From assembly GCA_003599055.1 (NCBI GenBank), contig QZIM01000006.1, forward strand, positions 24,615-88,614: a DNA stretch of 64,000 bases, written 5' to 3'. Below the pieces are notes generated by a model. That model made no database searches. It worked only from the letters and a program-made list of their open reading frames with translations, and was not told the origin of the DNA. The position numbers were made by a program, and so were the translations under genes. Each line of letters opens with the position of its first letter. The first letter of the stretch is position 1. Source of the stretch: Candidatus Woesearchaeota archaeon (GTDB taxonomy: Archaea > Nanobdellota > Nanobdellia > Woesearchaeales > ARS49). Below are positions 54,685-63,659 of this stretch, piece by piece.

Positions 54685-55317
54685 GTGATGAGAATCATCA
54701 TTGCGCTCCTCACCATTGCAAGCGTACACGCGCTCTCGCTTGCCGACTACCCCGGGATGTTTTTTACACCGGAATTTAATGCAACCATTATCATTCCCGA
54801 TGCCAAAAGCCCGGAGATGACTTTTGCCGCAAACTACCTCCTCACTACTCTCCCTCAATACACCATCCGCACAAGAGACACAAAAACCCACGCAACACGA
54901 GAACACGTCCGCGCAGCCATCACAACCGCGGCAAATGCACCGCAACACGGCCCTGCAATCATCATCGGAACCCCTTGCGAAAACGAACACACCAGACGCG
55001 TCATTCCAACCCTGCCCTGCACACTTGCACTTCCCCCCGACCAGTCACGCATCATCTTACGCGAAGGCCCAACCCTTGTCATCACCGCAGGCACCCCTGC
55101 CTTAATTCCCCTCACCTTACGCGCATTCCAAGAACACCCCGCACAATTTGACGCACAAGAAATCCACTTTCAGAAAACAAACAATCTCGTGAAGACCGGT
55201 GTTTACAAAACCACCCACTCACTCCCCTACAGCATCCAAAACCAAAACCACAGCGTCCGCAACGACCACCAAATACGCAAGATGAGATACGGAACAACAA
55301 TCAAAGCTCAATCGTGA
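54685..55317 (+). CDS. Secreted protein with an S-layer-associated-like N-terminal domain (tentative)
   Basis: Signal peptide MMRIIIALLTIASVHA, then LADYPGMFF...ATIIIPD.., ..PAIIIGTPCEN.. and ..TLVITAGTP.. blocks. Confidence 0.5.
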   Translation: MMRIIIALLTIASVHALSLADYPGMFFTPEFNATIIIPDAKSPEMTFAANYLLTTLPQYTIRTRDTKTHATREHVRAAITTAANAPQHGPAIIIGTPCENEHTRRVIPTLPCTLALPPDQSRIILREGPTLVITAGTPALIPLTLRAFQEHPAQFDAQEIHFQKTNNLVKTGVYKTTHSLPYSIQNQNHSVRNDHQIRKMRYGTTIKAQS

Positions 55318-55562
55318 GTGTCAAGATTGAACACCGCGCCGCTATCCCTTAGCGCATCAACCACCTTATCACCAAGCGCGAGAACCTCGTGCTTTTGCGG
55401 CTGGCTTTCACCCCACTCATAAATGAAGTCATACGGCCCGTAGTGCGTCACAAACCCAAGCCCCTCAAGACGCGTTGCAACCTCAGACGGCCTTACCTTT
55501 GTCCCAAAATACATCACCAAATGCGTGCGCCAGGCCATAGACGAAGCAAAAACCGGCACCAT
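55308..55562 (-). CDS. Hypothetical small protein
   Basis: 84-aa ORF with globular composition. Confidence 0.45.
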   Translation of the reverse strand: MVPVFASSMAWRTHLVMYFGTKVRPSEVATRLEGLGFVTHYGPYDFIYEWGESQPQKHEVLALGDKVVDALRDSGAVFNLDTHD

Positions 55563-55711
55563 ATAAAAGAGTTATGACAAACGCTGCTTAAACAAAATTC
55601 ACCGGAGCTACCGTGCTTTAAACGGACAGAAGAACCCAAATACACAAAAACCGCGCGTTAAAAAATAAGACCTGTGGATTTTGAGTTCCCGAAGTTTGCC
55701 TCCTTCCGTAA

Positions 55712-55782
55712 TGGGACTGCCGTGATTCGAACACGGGCCACAAGGTCCCGAACCTTGCATCCTACCACTAGACTACAGCCCC
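55712..55782 (-). tRNA. tRNA-Pro (anticodon CGG)
   Basis: Folded by hand as GGGGCUG/CAGUCCC acceptor (one G-U pair), CAAGG-UUCGGGA-CCUUG anticodon arm and CCGUG-UUCGAAU-CACGG T arm. Confidence 0.88.
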
Positions 55783-55809
55783 AATACGGCAACAACCCCC
55801 GTCCCGCAT

Positions 55810-56628
55810 TTATAAAGATGTCGGCAAAGAAACAATATCGCCGCTCAGTTTCACAAGCCCCTCTTTTGCCAATTCTTTGACCAGCATTTCCGTCCACGCC
55901 GGCGATTTCTTTATGGACTTTGCAATGACACTGACCGTGCGCGGCTCCTCTGCAAGACGAAGAATTCGACCGCGATAAAACCTCCTTGAACCCACAAACG
56001 GCTTTTGCCTTGGCGCGACACGCAAATATGCGTCCTGCGTGCCCTTCCTCAACGCAAGACACTGCGACTTTAGCGGGCAGATGCCACATTTTGGCGACTT
56101 TGCCGTACAAACAAGACTGCCAAAATCCATCAGCGCATTGTTCCAGTCAACCCCTCTCCCCTCCGGCACCGCCGCCCTTACTTTTTCATCTATCTTTTCC
56201 ACCGTACCCTTCCCTGAAAAAAACACGCGCGAAAAAATCCGGCGAACATTCGTATCAACAACCGCAACATCCCTGCCGAATGCAAAACACTCAACCGCGC
56301 GCGCCGTGTACTCACCCACGCCCGGAAGCTCGCGCAAGTCGGACGGAATTTCCCTTGCCAAAACCTGCGCCGCGCGCTGCAAAAAGAGTGCGCGCCGATT
56401 ATACCCCAGACCAGACCACGCCACAATCACGTCCGCAGGAGACGCACCCGCGAGCGCCTTTGCCGTCGGAAACTTTTGCAAAAAATCACCATACTTGGGC
56501 AAAACCCGGCCAACCTGCGTTTGCTGCAACATCATTTCCGAAACAAGAACCCGATACACATCACACGTCTTTCTCCACGGCAAATCACGCCTGTTTTGCG
56601 CATACCACTCCAGAATTTCTCTTTGCAT
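55810..56628 (-). CDS. mutY: MutY-family adenine DNA glycosylase (HhH-GPD with a 4Fe-4S cluster loop)
   Basis: LPWR..DVYRVLVSEMMLQQTQV, GLGYNRRA and the cluster loop C..KSPKCGICPLKSQC. I set the start at MQREIL (56628), 26 nt from a TATA box. Confidence 0.8.
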   Translation of the reverse strand: MQREILEWYAQNRRDLPWRKTCDVYRVLVSEMMLQQTQVGRVLPKYGDFLQKFPTAKALAGASPADVIVAWSGLGYNRRALFLQRAAQVLAREIPSDLRELPGVGEYTARAVECFAFGRDVAVVDTNVRRIFSRVFFSGKGTVEKIDEKVRAAVPEGRGVDWNNALMDFGSLVCTAKSPKCGICPLKSQCLALRKGTQDAYLRVAPRQKPFVGSRRFYRGRILRLAEEPRTVSVIAKSIKKSPAWTEMLVKELAKEGLVKLSGDIVSLPTSL

Positions 56629-56650
56629 GCACGATTGTACATACCAAGAG

Positions 56651-56657
56651 TATATAA
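56651..56657. promoter_or_regulatory. Shared TATA element (TATATAA) between divergent leaderless genes
   Basis: Centred 26 nt from the mutY ATG (56628, minus strand) and 28 nt from the ATG at 56682 (plus strand). Confidence 0.55.
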
Positions 56658-56681
56658 GCCAATCTTTGCGCACCATTACGC

Positions 56682-56924
56682 ATGAAGCTCTCCATTGACA
56701 CGCAAGCAGACAGCAAAGACGACCTGCGCAAAGTCATCGCACTCCTCCAAGGAATCATCGGAGAAGAACTCCGCACAACCAACCTTGCCGAAAGCCCGCT
56801 CCCCAGCACAGACGTCTCAGGGCTTATGAGCCTCTTTGACAATACGCCCGCACAAAACACCCCTCCCGCGCACGCAGAAGACCTCACGGATCCCTCAGAA
56901 CTTCCCGCACTCGAATTTTACTAA
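56682..56924 (+). CDS. Hypothetical small acidic protein
   Basis: 80-aa ORF with the TATA box at the correct distance. Confidence 0.45.
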   Translation: MKLSIDTQADSKDDLRKVIALLQGIIGEELRTTNLAESPLPSTDVSGLMSLFDNTPAQNTPPAHAEDLTDPSELPALEFY

Positions 56925-56927
56925 GAA

Positions 56928-57398
56928 ATGACCAAACTCGACCAAATCGCACGAGACACGCAAATCCTTCGCGAACGGCTTGTTGAAAAAGAACCCGGCC
57001 ACTTCGGAATGCGCCGCATCGTCTCTGCATTCTTTGGCGCGCTCTTCTTCGGATTCACCTTCGTCCTCAAGGGACTCCTCTTTGAAGTCGGACTTAACCT
57101 CAGCAATGCAAACCTTCTCCTCCTCATCCTCACCGCGTGGATAATCCTTTCTGCAGAAATTTATTTCGTCGGATACGCACGCGTACTTGACAAGACAAAA
57201 CGCCCCTTTGGCCAATTCTGGGCAAAAAGAATTATCACATATTACTGCATCGCCCTATTCACCAGCTTCCTTTTGCTCTCCGTTTACGGCGTTCCGGAAA
57301 TGGTCCAAAATACCTGGCTCACGTTCAAACTCGTCATCGCCGTGAGCTTCCCTGCCGCAGTCGGCGCGGCACTTGCAGACCTTCTTGGAAAATACTAG
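56928..57398 (+). CDS. Integral membrane protein (DUF2391-like, tentative)
   Basis: 156 aa with four TM helices. Confidence 0.5.
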   Translation: MTKLDQIARDTQILRERLVEKEPGHFGMRRIVSAFFGALFFGFTFVLKGLLFEVGLNLSNANLLLLILTAWIILSAEIYFVGYARVLDKTKRPFGQFWAKRIITYYCIALFTSFLLLSVYGVPEMVQNTWLTFKLVIAVSFPAAVGAALADLLGKY

Positions 57399-58534
57399 CG
57401 CAACACACCTGCACTTCTTGCCAACTGACCTACGGCAACTCCAGCCACCGTCAGCGCAATCAAAGACCACATCAATGTCGGAAACAACACGTCAAAACCC
57501 GCAATACCCGCTCCGCCTGCATAAAACAACAGCAAAAAACTTCCCACCCCTTTCGGCGCAACCGCAGTCGCCAACACCCTCTCCTTAAGCGACCACTTCC
57601 TCTCGTGCCGAGAAATTGCCAAAAAACGCGCCCCGTAGAAAAAAACCAGCAGCAACACCATCCCCGCAACCGACGGAAACTCCCCTCTTGCGATGACTCC
57701 GTACATCAAAATGATAACAACGGCAAAAACATCCGCCCCCCGCTCAATTCTCGAAGTGAACTTCAATTTCCTCTCCCCTAAGACCGCGCCAACCAAGAGG
57801 CCGAACGCCAGCATCGCGACCACCACACTTCCGCCGAATGCCTGTGCAACTCCCGCACTCAAAAACAACAACAGCACCAGCAACACCTCCCTTGACCGCC
57901 TACGAGACCCGCGCGACGCGTGCCAGAACAAAAAGCCAACAACACCCGCGCCAAGCCCCACAATTCCCTGAACCACCAACCCCTGCCCCACGGAAAACAA
58001 ACCTGCGCCCCCTTCATTAAGCAAATCAAGAAGTGCCAGCGCAAGAACCAAATCAATCTGAGGATTCAGCAAAGCCTCAAAACGCAAAAAGACCGAAACC
58101 TCCCCCCGCAACCCGGACAGCATCGGAAGCACAATCGCGGTCGATGGGCCGATTAACGCAAGACCCCCAATCACCGCAGCAAATACCGAAACACCAAATA
58201 CACCCCACAACACCACCGCAAGAGCAAACACCCCCAACGCCATTGAAGACAAAATAAACGCCCCCATCCTCCCTGCGTGCCTGTCCAGCTCACGAAGCGC
58301 AACCTGAAGCGCGCTCGAAAACACAATCAACACCACCGCAACAAACGATGCTGCCTTCACAAGCCAGCCGGGAAAAGCCAACGGGAGCACCCCCGCAAAC
58401 GACACGTTTCCAAGCACAATCCCCGCACAGAGAACCAACAGGACAAACGGAATTTTCCACCGAACACAATACTGACGAAACACGAACAGCCCTGCCAAAA
58501 CCGCACAAAAAATCACTGCCTGCACAACATCCAT
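57395..58534 (-). CDS. Cation/proton antiporter family membrane protein
   Basis: 379 aa with about 11 TM helices in a CPA-like layout. Second such transporter in the window. Confidence 0.6.
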   Translation of the reverse strand: MDVVQAVIFCAVLAGLFVFRQYCVRWKIPFVLLVLCAGIVLGNVSFAGVLPLAFPGWLVKAASFVAVVLIVFSSALQVALRELDRHAGRMGAFILSSMALGVFALAVVLWGVFGVSVFAAVIGGLALIGPSTAIVLPMLSGLRGEVSVFLRFEALLNPQIDLVLALALLDLLNEGGAGLFSVGQGLVVQGIVGLGAGVVGFLFWHASRGSRRRSREVLLVLLLFLSAGVAQAFGGSVVVAMLAFGLLVGAVLGERKLKFTSRIERGADVFAVVIILMYGVIARGEFPSVAGMVLLLVFFYGARFLAISRHERKWSLKERVLATAVAPKGVGSFLLLFYAGGAGIAGFDVLFPTLMWSLIALTVAGVAVGQLARSAGVLR

Positions 58535-58622
58535 TCCCTTTGAGAAAAACCCATCATATAAAAACTACCCGCCAAAAAAAAACGCGCAAAAGCTTATAAA
58601 CCGCTCCCGACGATTTTCACCT

Positions 58623-59042
58623 ATGCCCTACAAATTCATCGAAAACGTCACGCGCGCAGACCTGTGCTTTGAAGCCACCGGAAAAAACCTCACTGCACTC
58701 TTCCAAAGCGCGGCAGACGCAGTCCTTGCAGCAATGGCAGATGTTCGCAGCATCAAGAAAAAAATCACCAAAAAAGTAATTATCGAAGCAGAAACCGTTG
58801 AAGACTTACTGTACAACTTCCTTGAAGAAATCATCTTCCTTAAAGATGCGGAAAACCTGGTCTTTGCCGACGCCCAAGTCACGGTTTCCCCTGACCAAAA
58901 AAAAGCAACCGCAACACTTTTTGGCGATACCGTCAGCCCAACAACACAAAAACTCCACCAGGACGTCAAGGCAGTCACCAGACACTATTATAAAGTTGAG
59001 AAAAACGGAGAATGGAAAACACAAATCGTCCTTGACATCTGA
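58623..59042 (+). CDS. Archease (RtcB activator)
   Basis: MPYKFIENVTRADLCFEATG ... VKAVTRHYYKV match the archease termini. It lies directly upstream of rtcB. Confidence 0.85.
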   Translation: MPYKFIENVTRADLCFEATGKNLTALFQSAADAVLAAMADVRSIKKKITKKVIIEAETVEDLLYNFLEEIIFLKDAENLVFADAQVTVSPDQKKATATLFGDTVSPTTQKLHQDVKAVTRHYYKVEKNGEWKTQIVLDI

Positions 59043-59043
59043 A

Positions 59044-60507
59044 ATGATAAACCGCAACATCCCCCTGCCACACTTTGAGAAAAAAAGCCCGAACATATGG
59101 GACATCCCAACCAGCTACAAAGAAGGAATGCGCGTCCCTGCCCGCATCTTTGCCAGCGAAGAACTCCTCAAAGACATGGACCTTGCCGTCTTTGACCAAC
59201 TCACCAACGTTGCCTGCCTTCCCGGCATCACCACACCCGCCCTGTGCATGCCCGACGGGCACAGCGGCTACGGATTCCCCATCGGCGGCGTCGCCGCATT
59301 TGACGTGAACAGCGGCGTCATCTCGCCCGGAGGCATCGGATTTGACATCAACTGCGGCATGCGCCTTGTCACCACCAACCTCACCCTTAAAGAAGTTCGG
59401 CCAAAGCTGCACAAGCTTGTCGACCTCCTTTTTGAGCGGGTCCCCTCAGGCGTCGGCGGGCACGGATTTGTCAAAATCGAGAAAAGCCAATTTAAGGACG
59501 TCATGCGCGAAGGCGCACGCTGGTGCATCGACAACGGCTACGGATGGGACGAAGACCTGAACCGCATCGAAGACTTTGGCCGCATCGAACACGCAGACGC
59601 GAACCTGGTGTCGGATAAAGCAATCTCGCGCGGATTCAACCAACTCGGCACCCTTGGCTCAGGCAACCACTACCTTGAAATCCAGCACGCCGCAGACATT
59701 TTTGATGCGAAAACCGCAGCCAAATTCGGCATCCACTCACCCGACCAAATCTGCGTTATGGTCCACTGCGGCTCACGCGGCTTTGGCCACCAAATCGCAA
59801 CCGACTATCTCAAAGTATTCCACGACGTCATGAAACGCGAAGGCATCGCGGTCCGCGACCCCGAACTTTCCTGCGCGCCATTCTCCAGCAAAGAAGGCCA
59901 GAATTATTTCAAGGCAATGGCGTGCGCCGCCAACATGGCATTCGCAAACAGACAAGTCATCCTGCACCGCATCCGCGAATGCTTCAAGACTGTCTTTGAA
60001 CAAAGCCCGGAAAAAATGGAAATGAACCTGGTGTACGACGTTGCGCACAACATCGCCAAACTCGAAGAACACAACGTTGACGGCAAAAAGAAAAAACTCC
60101 TCGTCCACAGAAAAGGCGCCACACGCTGCTTTGGCCCCGGCCGCCAAGAACTCGCACCCGCCTTGCGCAAAATCGGACAACCCGTCATTATCGGCGGAAG
60201 CATGGAAACAGGAAGCTACCTCCTCCTCGGCACGGAAAAAGCACTTGAGGAAACCTTTGGCAGCACCGCACACGGGTCGGGACGCACGATGAGCAGAACC
60301 CAAGCCCGCGGAGAAGTGCGCGGAGAACAACTCCAAAAAGATTTGGAGAAAAAAGGAATATACGTCAGGACTGCGAGCTACTCGGGACTTGCCGAAGAAG
60401 CAGGATTTGCCTACAAGCCGATTTCTTCAGTAGTAGACACTATGCACGAGGCAGGAATCAGCAAGAAAATAGTCGGGTTCAAGCCGATTGGAAATATCAA
60501 GGGGTAA
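59044..60507 (+). CDS. rtcB: RNA-splicing ligase RtcB
   Basis: PDGHSGYGFPIGGVAAF, GGIGFDINCG, GSGNHYLE, HCGSRGFGHQ and AHGSGR. I set the start at MINRNIPL (59044), not the track start at 58798. Confidence 0.93.
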   Translation: MINRNIPLPHFEKKSPNIWDIPTSYKEGMRVPARIFASEELLKDMDLAVFDQLTNVACLPGITTPALCMPDGHSGYGFPIGGVAAFDVNSGVISPGGIGFDINCGMRLVTTNLTLKEVRPKLHKLVDLLFERVPSGVGGHGFVKIEKSQFKDVMREGARWCIDNGYGWDEDLNRIEDFGRIEHADANLVSDKAISRGFNQLGTLGSGNHYLEIQHAADIFDAKTAAKFGIHSPDQICVMVHCGSRGFGHQIATDYLKVFHDVMKREGIAVRDPELSCAPFSSKEGQNYFKAMACAANMAFANRQVILHRIRECFKTVFEQSPEKMEMNLVYDVAHNIAKLEEHNVDGKKKKLLVHRKGATRCFGPGRQELAPALRKIGQPVIIGGSMETGSYLLLGTEKALEETFGSTAHGSGRTMSRTQARGEVRGEQLQKDLEKKGIYVRTASYSGLAEEAGFAYKPISSVVDTMHEAGISKKIVGFKPIGNIKG

Positions 60508-60508
60508 G

Positions 60509-61681
60509 TCAGCGCACAAAACCCGCAAGAATATTCATCAAAATCATCCCCGCAAGCGCAACTGACACGAGCGACCAGACTTTCAGCCCCTGCTCCTTTC
60601 CAAACCAACGCGCGCATACAAGCTCAAACATCCGACCCCCATCCAACGGGCCGATTGGCAAAAGATTAAACAAGCCAATACCCAAATTGAGCAAAAACAG
60701 CCAGAAGAAAAGCCCCGCAAGCCACTTTGCCGCCTTCGGCAAAAAAACACCGTACTGTTCCGTGAACTCATCATTCAAAACAACATTTGGCTTTACCTGC
60801 ACGCCAAGAAATGCCCTGTCCGCATTTTTTTGGCTTGCACCCGCAACGAGCTCAAATGCGTGGTCTTTCGTTGCGGCAACAAGGGAATCTCCCGGAGAAG
60901 CATTGCCCAAAACGGAAGATACGTTGGCAAGAGAAATAATAGGAACACCTCCCAGCGTCTCGACCACCATTCCCTCCCGCAGCCCCGCAGCAAACGCGGG
61001 ACCCTCCGCATCAACTGATGACAAAACTACCCCTTGTGTCACGAACGCAGAAGAAAGAACAGGAGACAACGCAGCAAACAGGCCAACTGACAGGAGCGCA
61101 AACAACACATTCGAAAACGGCCCTGCAGCATAGACCGCAAGCTGCTGTTTTGCCCTTGCCTTTCTCAACACCTTCTCATCCGGCTCCACAAACGCCGCAG
61201 GAATAACGGGCAGAAAAATACACAAAAATGCAAACCCTGAACGCCTTACCGGAATCTTATGGAGAAACGAAACAACACCGTGCGCGCCCTCGTGCACCAC
61301 CGCAATAAGGAAAATGCTCAAAACCCAATACAAAAACGGCACGAAAAACACTCCCTTTGCCTCAAACGGAAGCACCGGCTGAACGCCTGCCTGCGCCTCA
61401 GGACTTGTAAACAGCAGAACCGAACCGTACGCGAGCTGGCCGACAATGAACACCATCCCCAAAAAACCAACAATGATTCCCAGAACACCAAGCACATTCA
61501 GCACGCGCGGAAAACGGGACGCAAGACGCTTCATTACACCAAGCCCAATCGTTGAGCGGTACATTACCACATAGAGAATCGGAAAGAGCGCGCGCTGAAC
61601 CTCAATTTTCGACCGCTTCAGAAACAAAAGAATGCCAAGACAAAGAATAACAACAATCGCCGCGATTCCGTCAATACTCAT
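60509..61681 (-). CDS. Site-2 protease (M50 family) with an embedded PDZ-like domain
   Basis: HEGAHGV (HExxH) and NLLPIGPLDGGRM. Multiple TM helices. Confidence 0.85.
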   Translation of the reverse strand: MSIDGIAAIVVILCLGILLFLKRSKIEVQRALFPILYVVMYRSTIGLGVMKRLASRFPRVLNVLGVLGIIVGFLGMVFIVGQLAYGSVLLFTSPEAQAGVQPVLPFEAKGVFFVPFLYWVLSIFLIAVVHEGAHGVVSFLHKIPVRRSGFAFLCIFLPVIPAAFVEPDEKVLRKARAKQQLAVYAAGPFSNVLFALLSVGLFAALSPVLSSAFVTQGVVLSSVDAEGPAFAAGLREGMVVETLGGVPIISLANVSSVLGNASPGDSLVAATKDHAFELVAGASQKNADRAFLGVQVKPNVVLNDEFTEQYGVFLPKAAKWLAGLFFWLFLLNLGIGLFNLLPIGPLDGGRMFELVCARWFGKEQGLKVWSLVSVALAGMILMNILAGFVR

Positions 61682-61683
61682 AC

Positions 61684-61845
61684 CTACTTCTTACGCTTGG
61701 GCTTGAACTTCTTGCCCGCACACGCGCGGCACTTCACCTGCGATTCCGTCACTTTCCGCGACGGGGCACGCAAAACTGCCTTGCAGCGCCTGCAGACAAA
61801 CTTGTTGCGAAACAAGCGAACATCGGCCTCAGGGAACTTCACCAT
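61684..61845 (-). CDS. rpl40e: 50S ribosomal protein eL40
   Basis: My own translation gives MVKFPEADVRLFRNKFVCRRCKAVLRAPSRKVTESQVKCRACAGKKFKPKRKK (53 aa). It has a C4 Zn ribbon. It is below the ORF-track size cut-off. Confidence 0.8.
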   Translation of the reverse strand: MVKFPEADVRLFRNKFVCRRCKAVLRAPSRKVTESQVKCRACAGKKFKPKRKK

Positions 61846-62246
61846 TACTCTGCTCCCCCCTTGAGCTGCTTCATTACGCGCTCACCAAGAATCGTCCAAT
61901 ACAAAATCTTGCAATTCGGAACCACAGACTCCTTGAGCTCCTCAGGAATCTTCAGGTCGAAGGTCTCAAAAGACTCGTCGTCCATCACATTTGCCATATC
62001 ACCCGTGACACTCAGCACCTGCGCGGACTTCTTCTCAATAATCGGAACATCCACATTATCGCTTGCAGGCATCACAATCTCGCGCTTCTTGTTATCAAGA
62101 AGGCCGATTGCCATAATGCGCGCCTTTGCGTGACCGTGCTTGCCCGACTTTGACGTCTCCGCACTCACCACTTTACACGCAACACCATCAATCACAATGA
62201 AACTGCCTTCCTTGACGCTTCCCGCGCCCACGACTTTGGTACTCAT
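61845..62246 (-). CDS. eif5a: Translation initiation factor 5A (aIF5A)
   Basis: Hypusine loop SKSGKHGHAKA. Length is 133 aa. Confidence 0.92.
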   Translation of the reverse strand: MSTKVVGAGSVKEGSFIVIDGVACKVVSAETSKSGKHGHAKARIMAIGLLDNKKREIVMPASDNVDVPIIEKKSAQVLSVTGDMANVMDDESFETFDLKIPEELKESVVPNCKILYWTILGERVMKQLKGGAE

Positions 62247-62269
62247 ACCGCCAAAAAGAAAAGAGGGGG

Positions 62270-62278
62270 TTTATAAAG
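62270..62278 (-). promoter_or_regulatory. TATA box (TTTATAAA region) for the aIF5A-eL40-S2P operon
   Basis: Centred 28 nt upstream of the ATG at 62246. Confidence 0.55.
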
Positions 62279-62394
62279 CTGACGGTCAAACTTTGATAAA
62301 GCCAAGAAAACCTGAAGTTTTCACCTGCGAATATGCACTCTTGCCCTAACGATGTCGCGCAGCCCTATCCTGCCCACTACGCAGGTTCCGCACA

Positions 62395-63579
62395 CTATAC
62401 CTTTGCCAACCACTCTGCCTCTTCCTCAGACAACGAGAGCTCTTCAGAGATTTTGGCAGCAGACGGGTGCCCTGCCTGATAAACACGCTGCAAAAGGCCC
62501 ACCGGCAGGAGCGCCTTCTTTCCCGAACAATGCATTACCCGACCCAATTTTAATGAAACTTCCTTTCGCTTTGCATACTTTTGGTTCGCCATCCACCGCT
62601 TCAAAATACGCTGCGTTCGCTGGTACTGCACAAACTGGCCGGACTTTTTGTCCTTTGCCACCGCAACACCCGCAGTCATAAGCACGTTCACGTATGCAAG
62701 GAAGCGCCAGTACTGCCAACGCTTAATACGCCCCTTAAATACATCCGCACGCGAGAGGCACTCCATCGCCCGCGCCAAATCCCGACCCGCGTACTCCCTT
62801 GGCATATTCTCATCAACCCACAACATACACTCATCAATATCCTCGCCCACCGAGTCAAATGCCGAAAGCGCAACCTGCGGGTCAGTTGACTTGAGAATCT
62901 TAATCAACGCCTGCATCATACTCTCCTCGCGCTGACGCTCGTGCAGCGAATTGAGCGCAGCAACATCAAACCCCTGTGCTGACAAGACCTGCGCATCAAT
63001 AATCGCTCCGCGAATATCCCCACCGCTCCGCCTTGCCAAGGCCTTTAGCACATCATCCGATGCGACGAGCCGTTCACTGTGCACGATTCTTTTCAGCACA
63101 TCCGCAAGCTTTAACGCAGGCACCGCAGGAAACTCAACCAGCACACACTTTGACCGAAGCGAACTGAGCTTTTGATTATACGGGTCATTTGCCACCAAAA
63201 TCAACGGAAAAGCAGCATCTTTCACCAAATCAACAAGCGCACCAACACCCCCCCTGTCCTGATTTCCCGCAATCCCGTCAACCTCATCCACCAAAATTAA
63301 CTTGCCCGAACCGAACAAACTGTACTGCTTTAACGCCTGACCCACTTTTGCGTGAATCTCATCAGCACTCCGAAAATCAGACGCATTCACTTCCACCAGC
63401 TCAAGACCGAACTCTTTGGCAATTGCAACCACCGCAGCAGTCTTTCCCGAACCGCTCGGGCCGTGCAGCAACACCGCCTTCTTTTTCTGCTTCTTAAAAT
63501 CCCGCACGAAATTCAAAAGAGGAGAAGTGTCCTGCGGAATTTCCGCCACCTTTGGTGCATACTTGTGCGTCCAGAGCAT
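62395..63579 (-). CDS. rfcL: Replication factor C large subunit
   Basis: LWTHKYAPK, Walker A LLHGPSGSGKT, Walker B LILVDEVDG. I set the start at the MLWTHKY Met (63579). Confidence 0.88.
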   Translation of the reverse strand: MLWTHKYAPKVAEIPQDTSPLLNFVRDFKKQKKKAVLLHGPSGSGKTAAVVAIAKEFGLELVEVNASDFRSADEIHAKVGQALKQYSLFGSGKLILVDEVDGIAGNQDRGGVGALVDLVKDAAFPLILVANDPYNQKLSSLRSKCVLVEFPAVPALKLADVLKRIVHSERLVASDDVLKALARRSGGDIRGAIIDAQVLSAQGFDVAALNSLHERQREESMMQALIKILKSTDPQVALSAFDSVGEDIDECMLWVDENMPREYAGRDLARAMECLSRADVFKGRIKRWQYWRFLAYVNVLMTAGVAVAKDKKSGQFVQYQRTQRILKRWMANQKYAKRKEVSLKLGRVMHCSGKKALLPVGLLQRVYQAGHPSAAKISEELSLSEEEAEWLAKV

Positions 63580-63626
63580 AAGAAAAAAAAAGAAGCACAC
63601 CAGTACTTAAGGTTTTGGCGCGCACA

Positions 63627-63637
63627 ATATTTATATA
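63627..63637 (+). promoter_or_regulatory. TATA box (ATATTTATATA) for the ORF starting at 63660
   Basis: Centred 27 nt upstream of the ATG at 63660. Confidence 0.5.
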
Positions 63638-63659
63638 CAAGCACCCGTGCAGAGCGCCC

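Noticed and set aside
58798-59043. N-terminal extension of RtcB in the ORF track. Similar upstream extensions appear at 17421 (P1), 23012 (ppsA), 34728 (SNase-like), 12609 (wHTH), 56676 (mutY) and 63600 (rfcL).
   Set aside because: The extensions overlap upstream genes or promoters and have off-frame-like composition. Family-typical N-termini begin at internal Met codons with a correct TATA or SD context.
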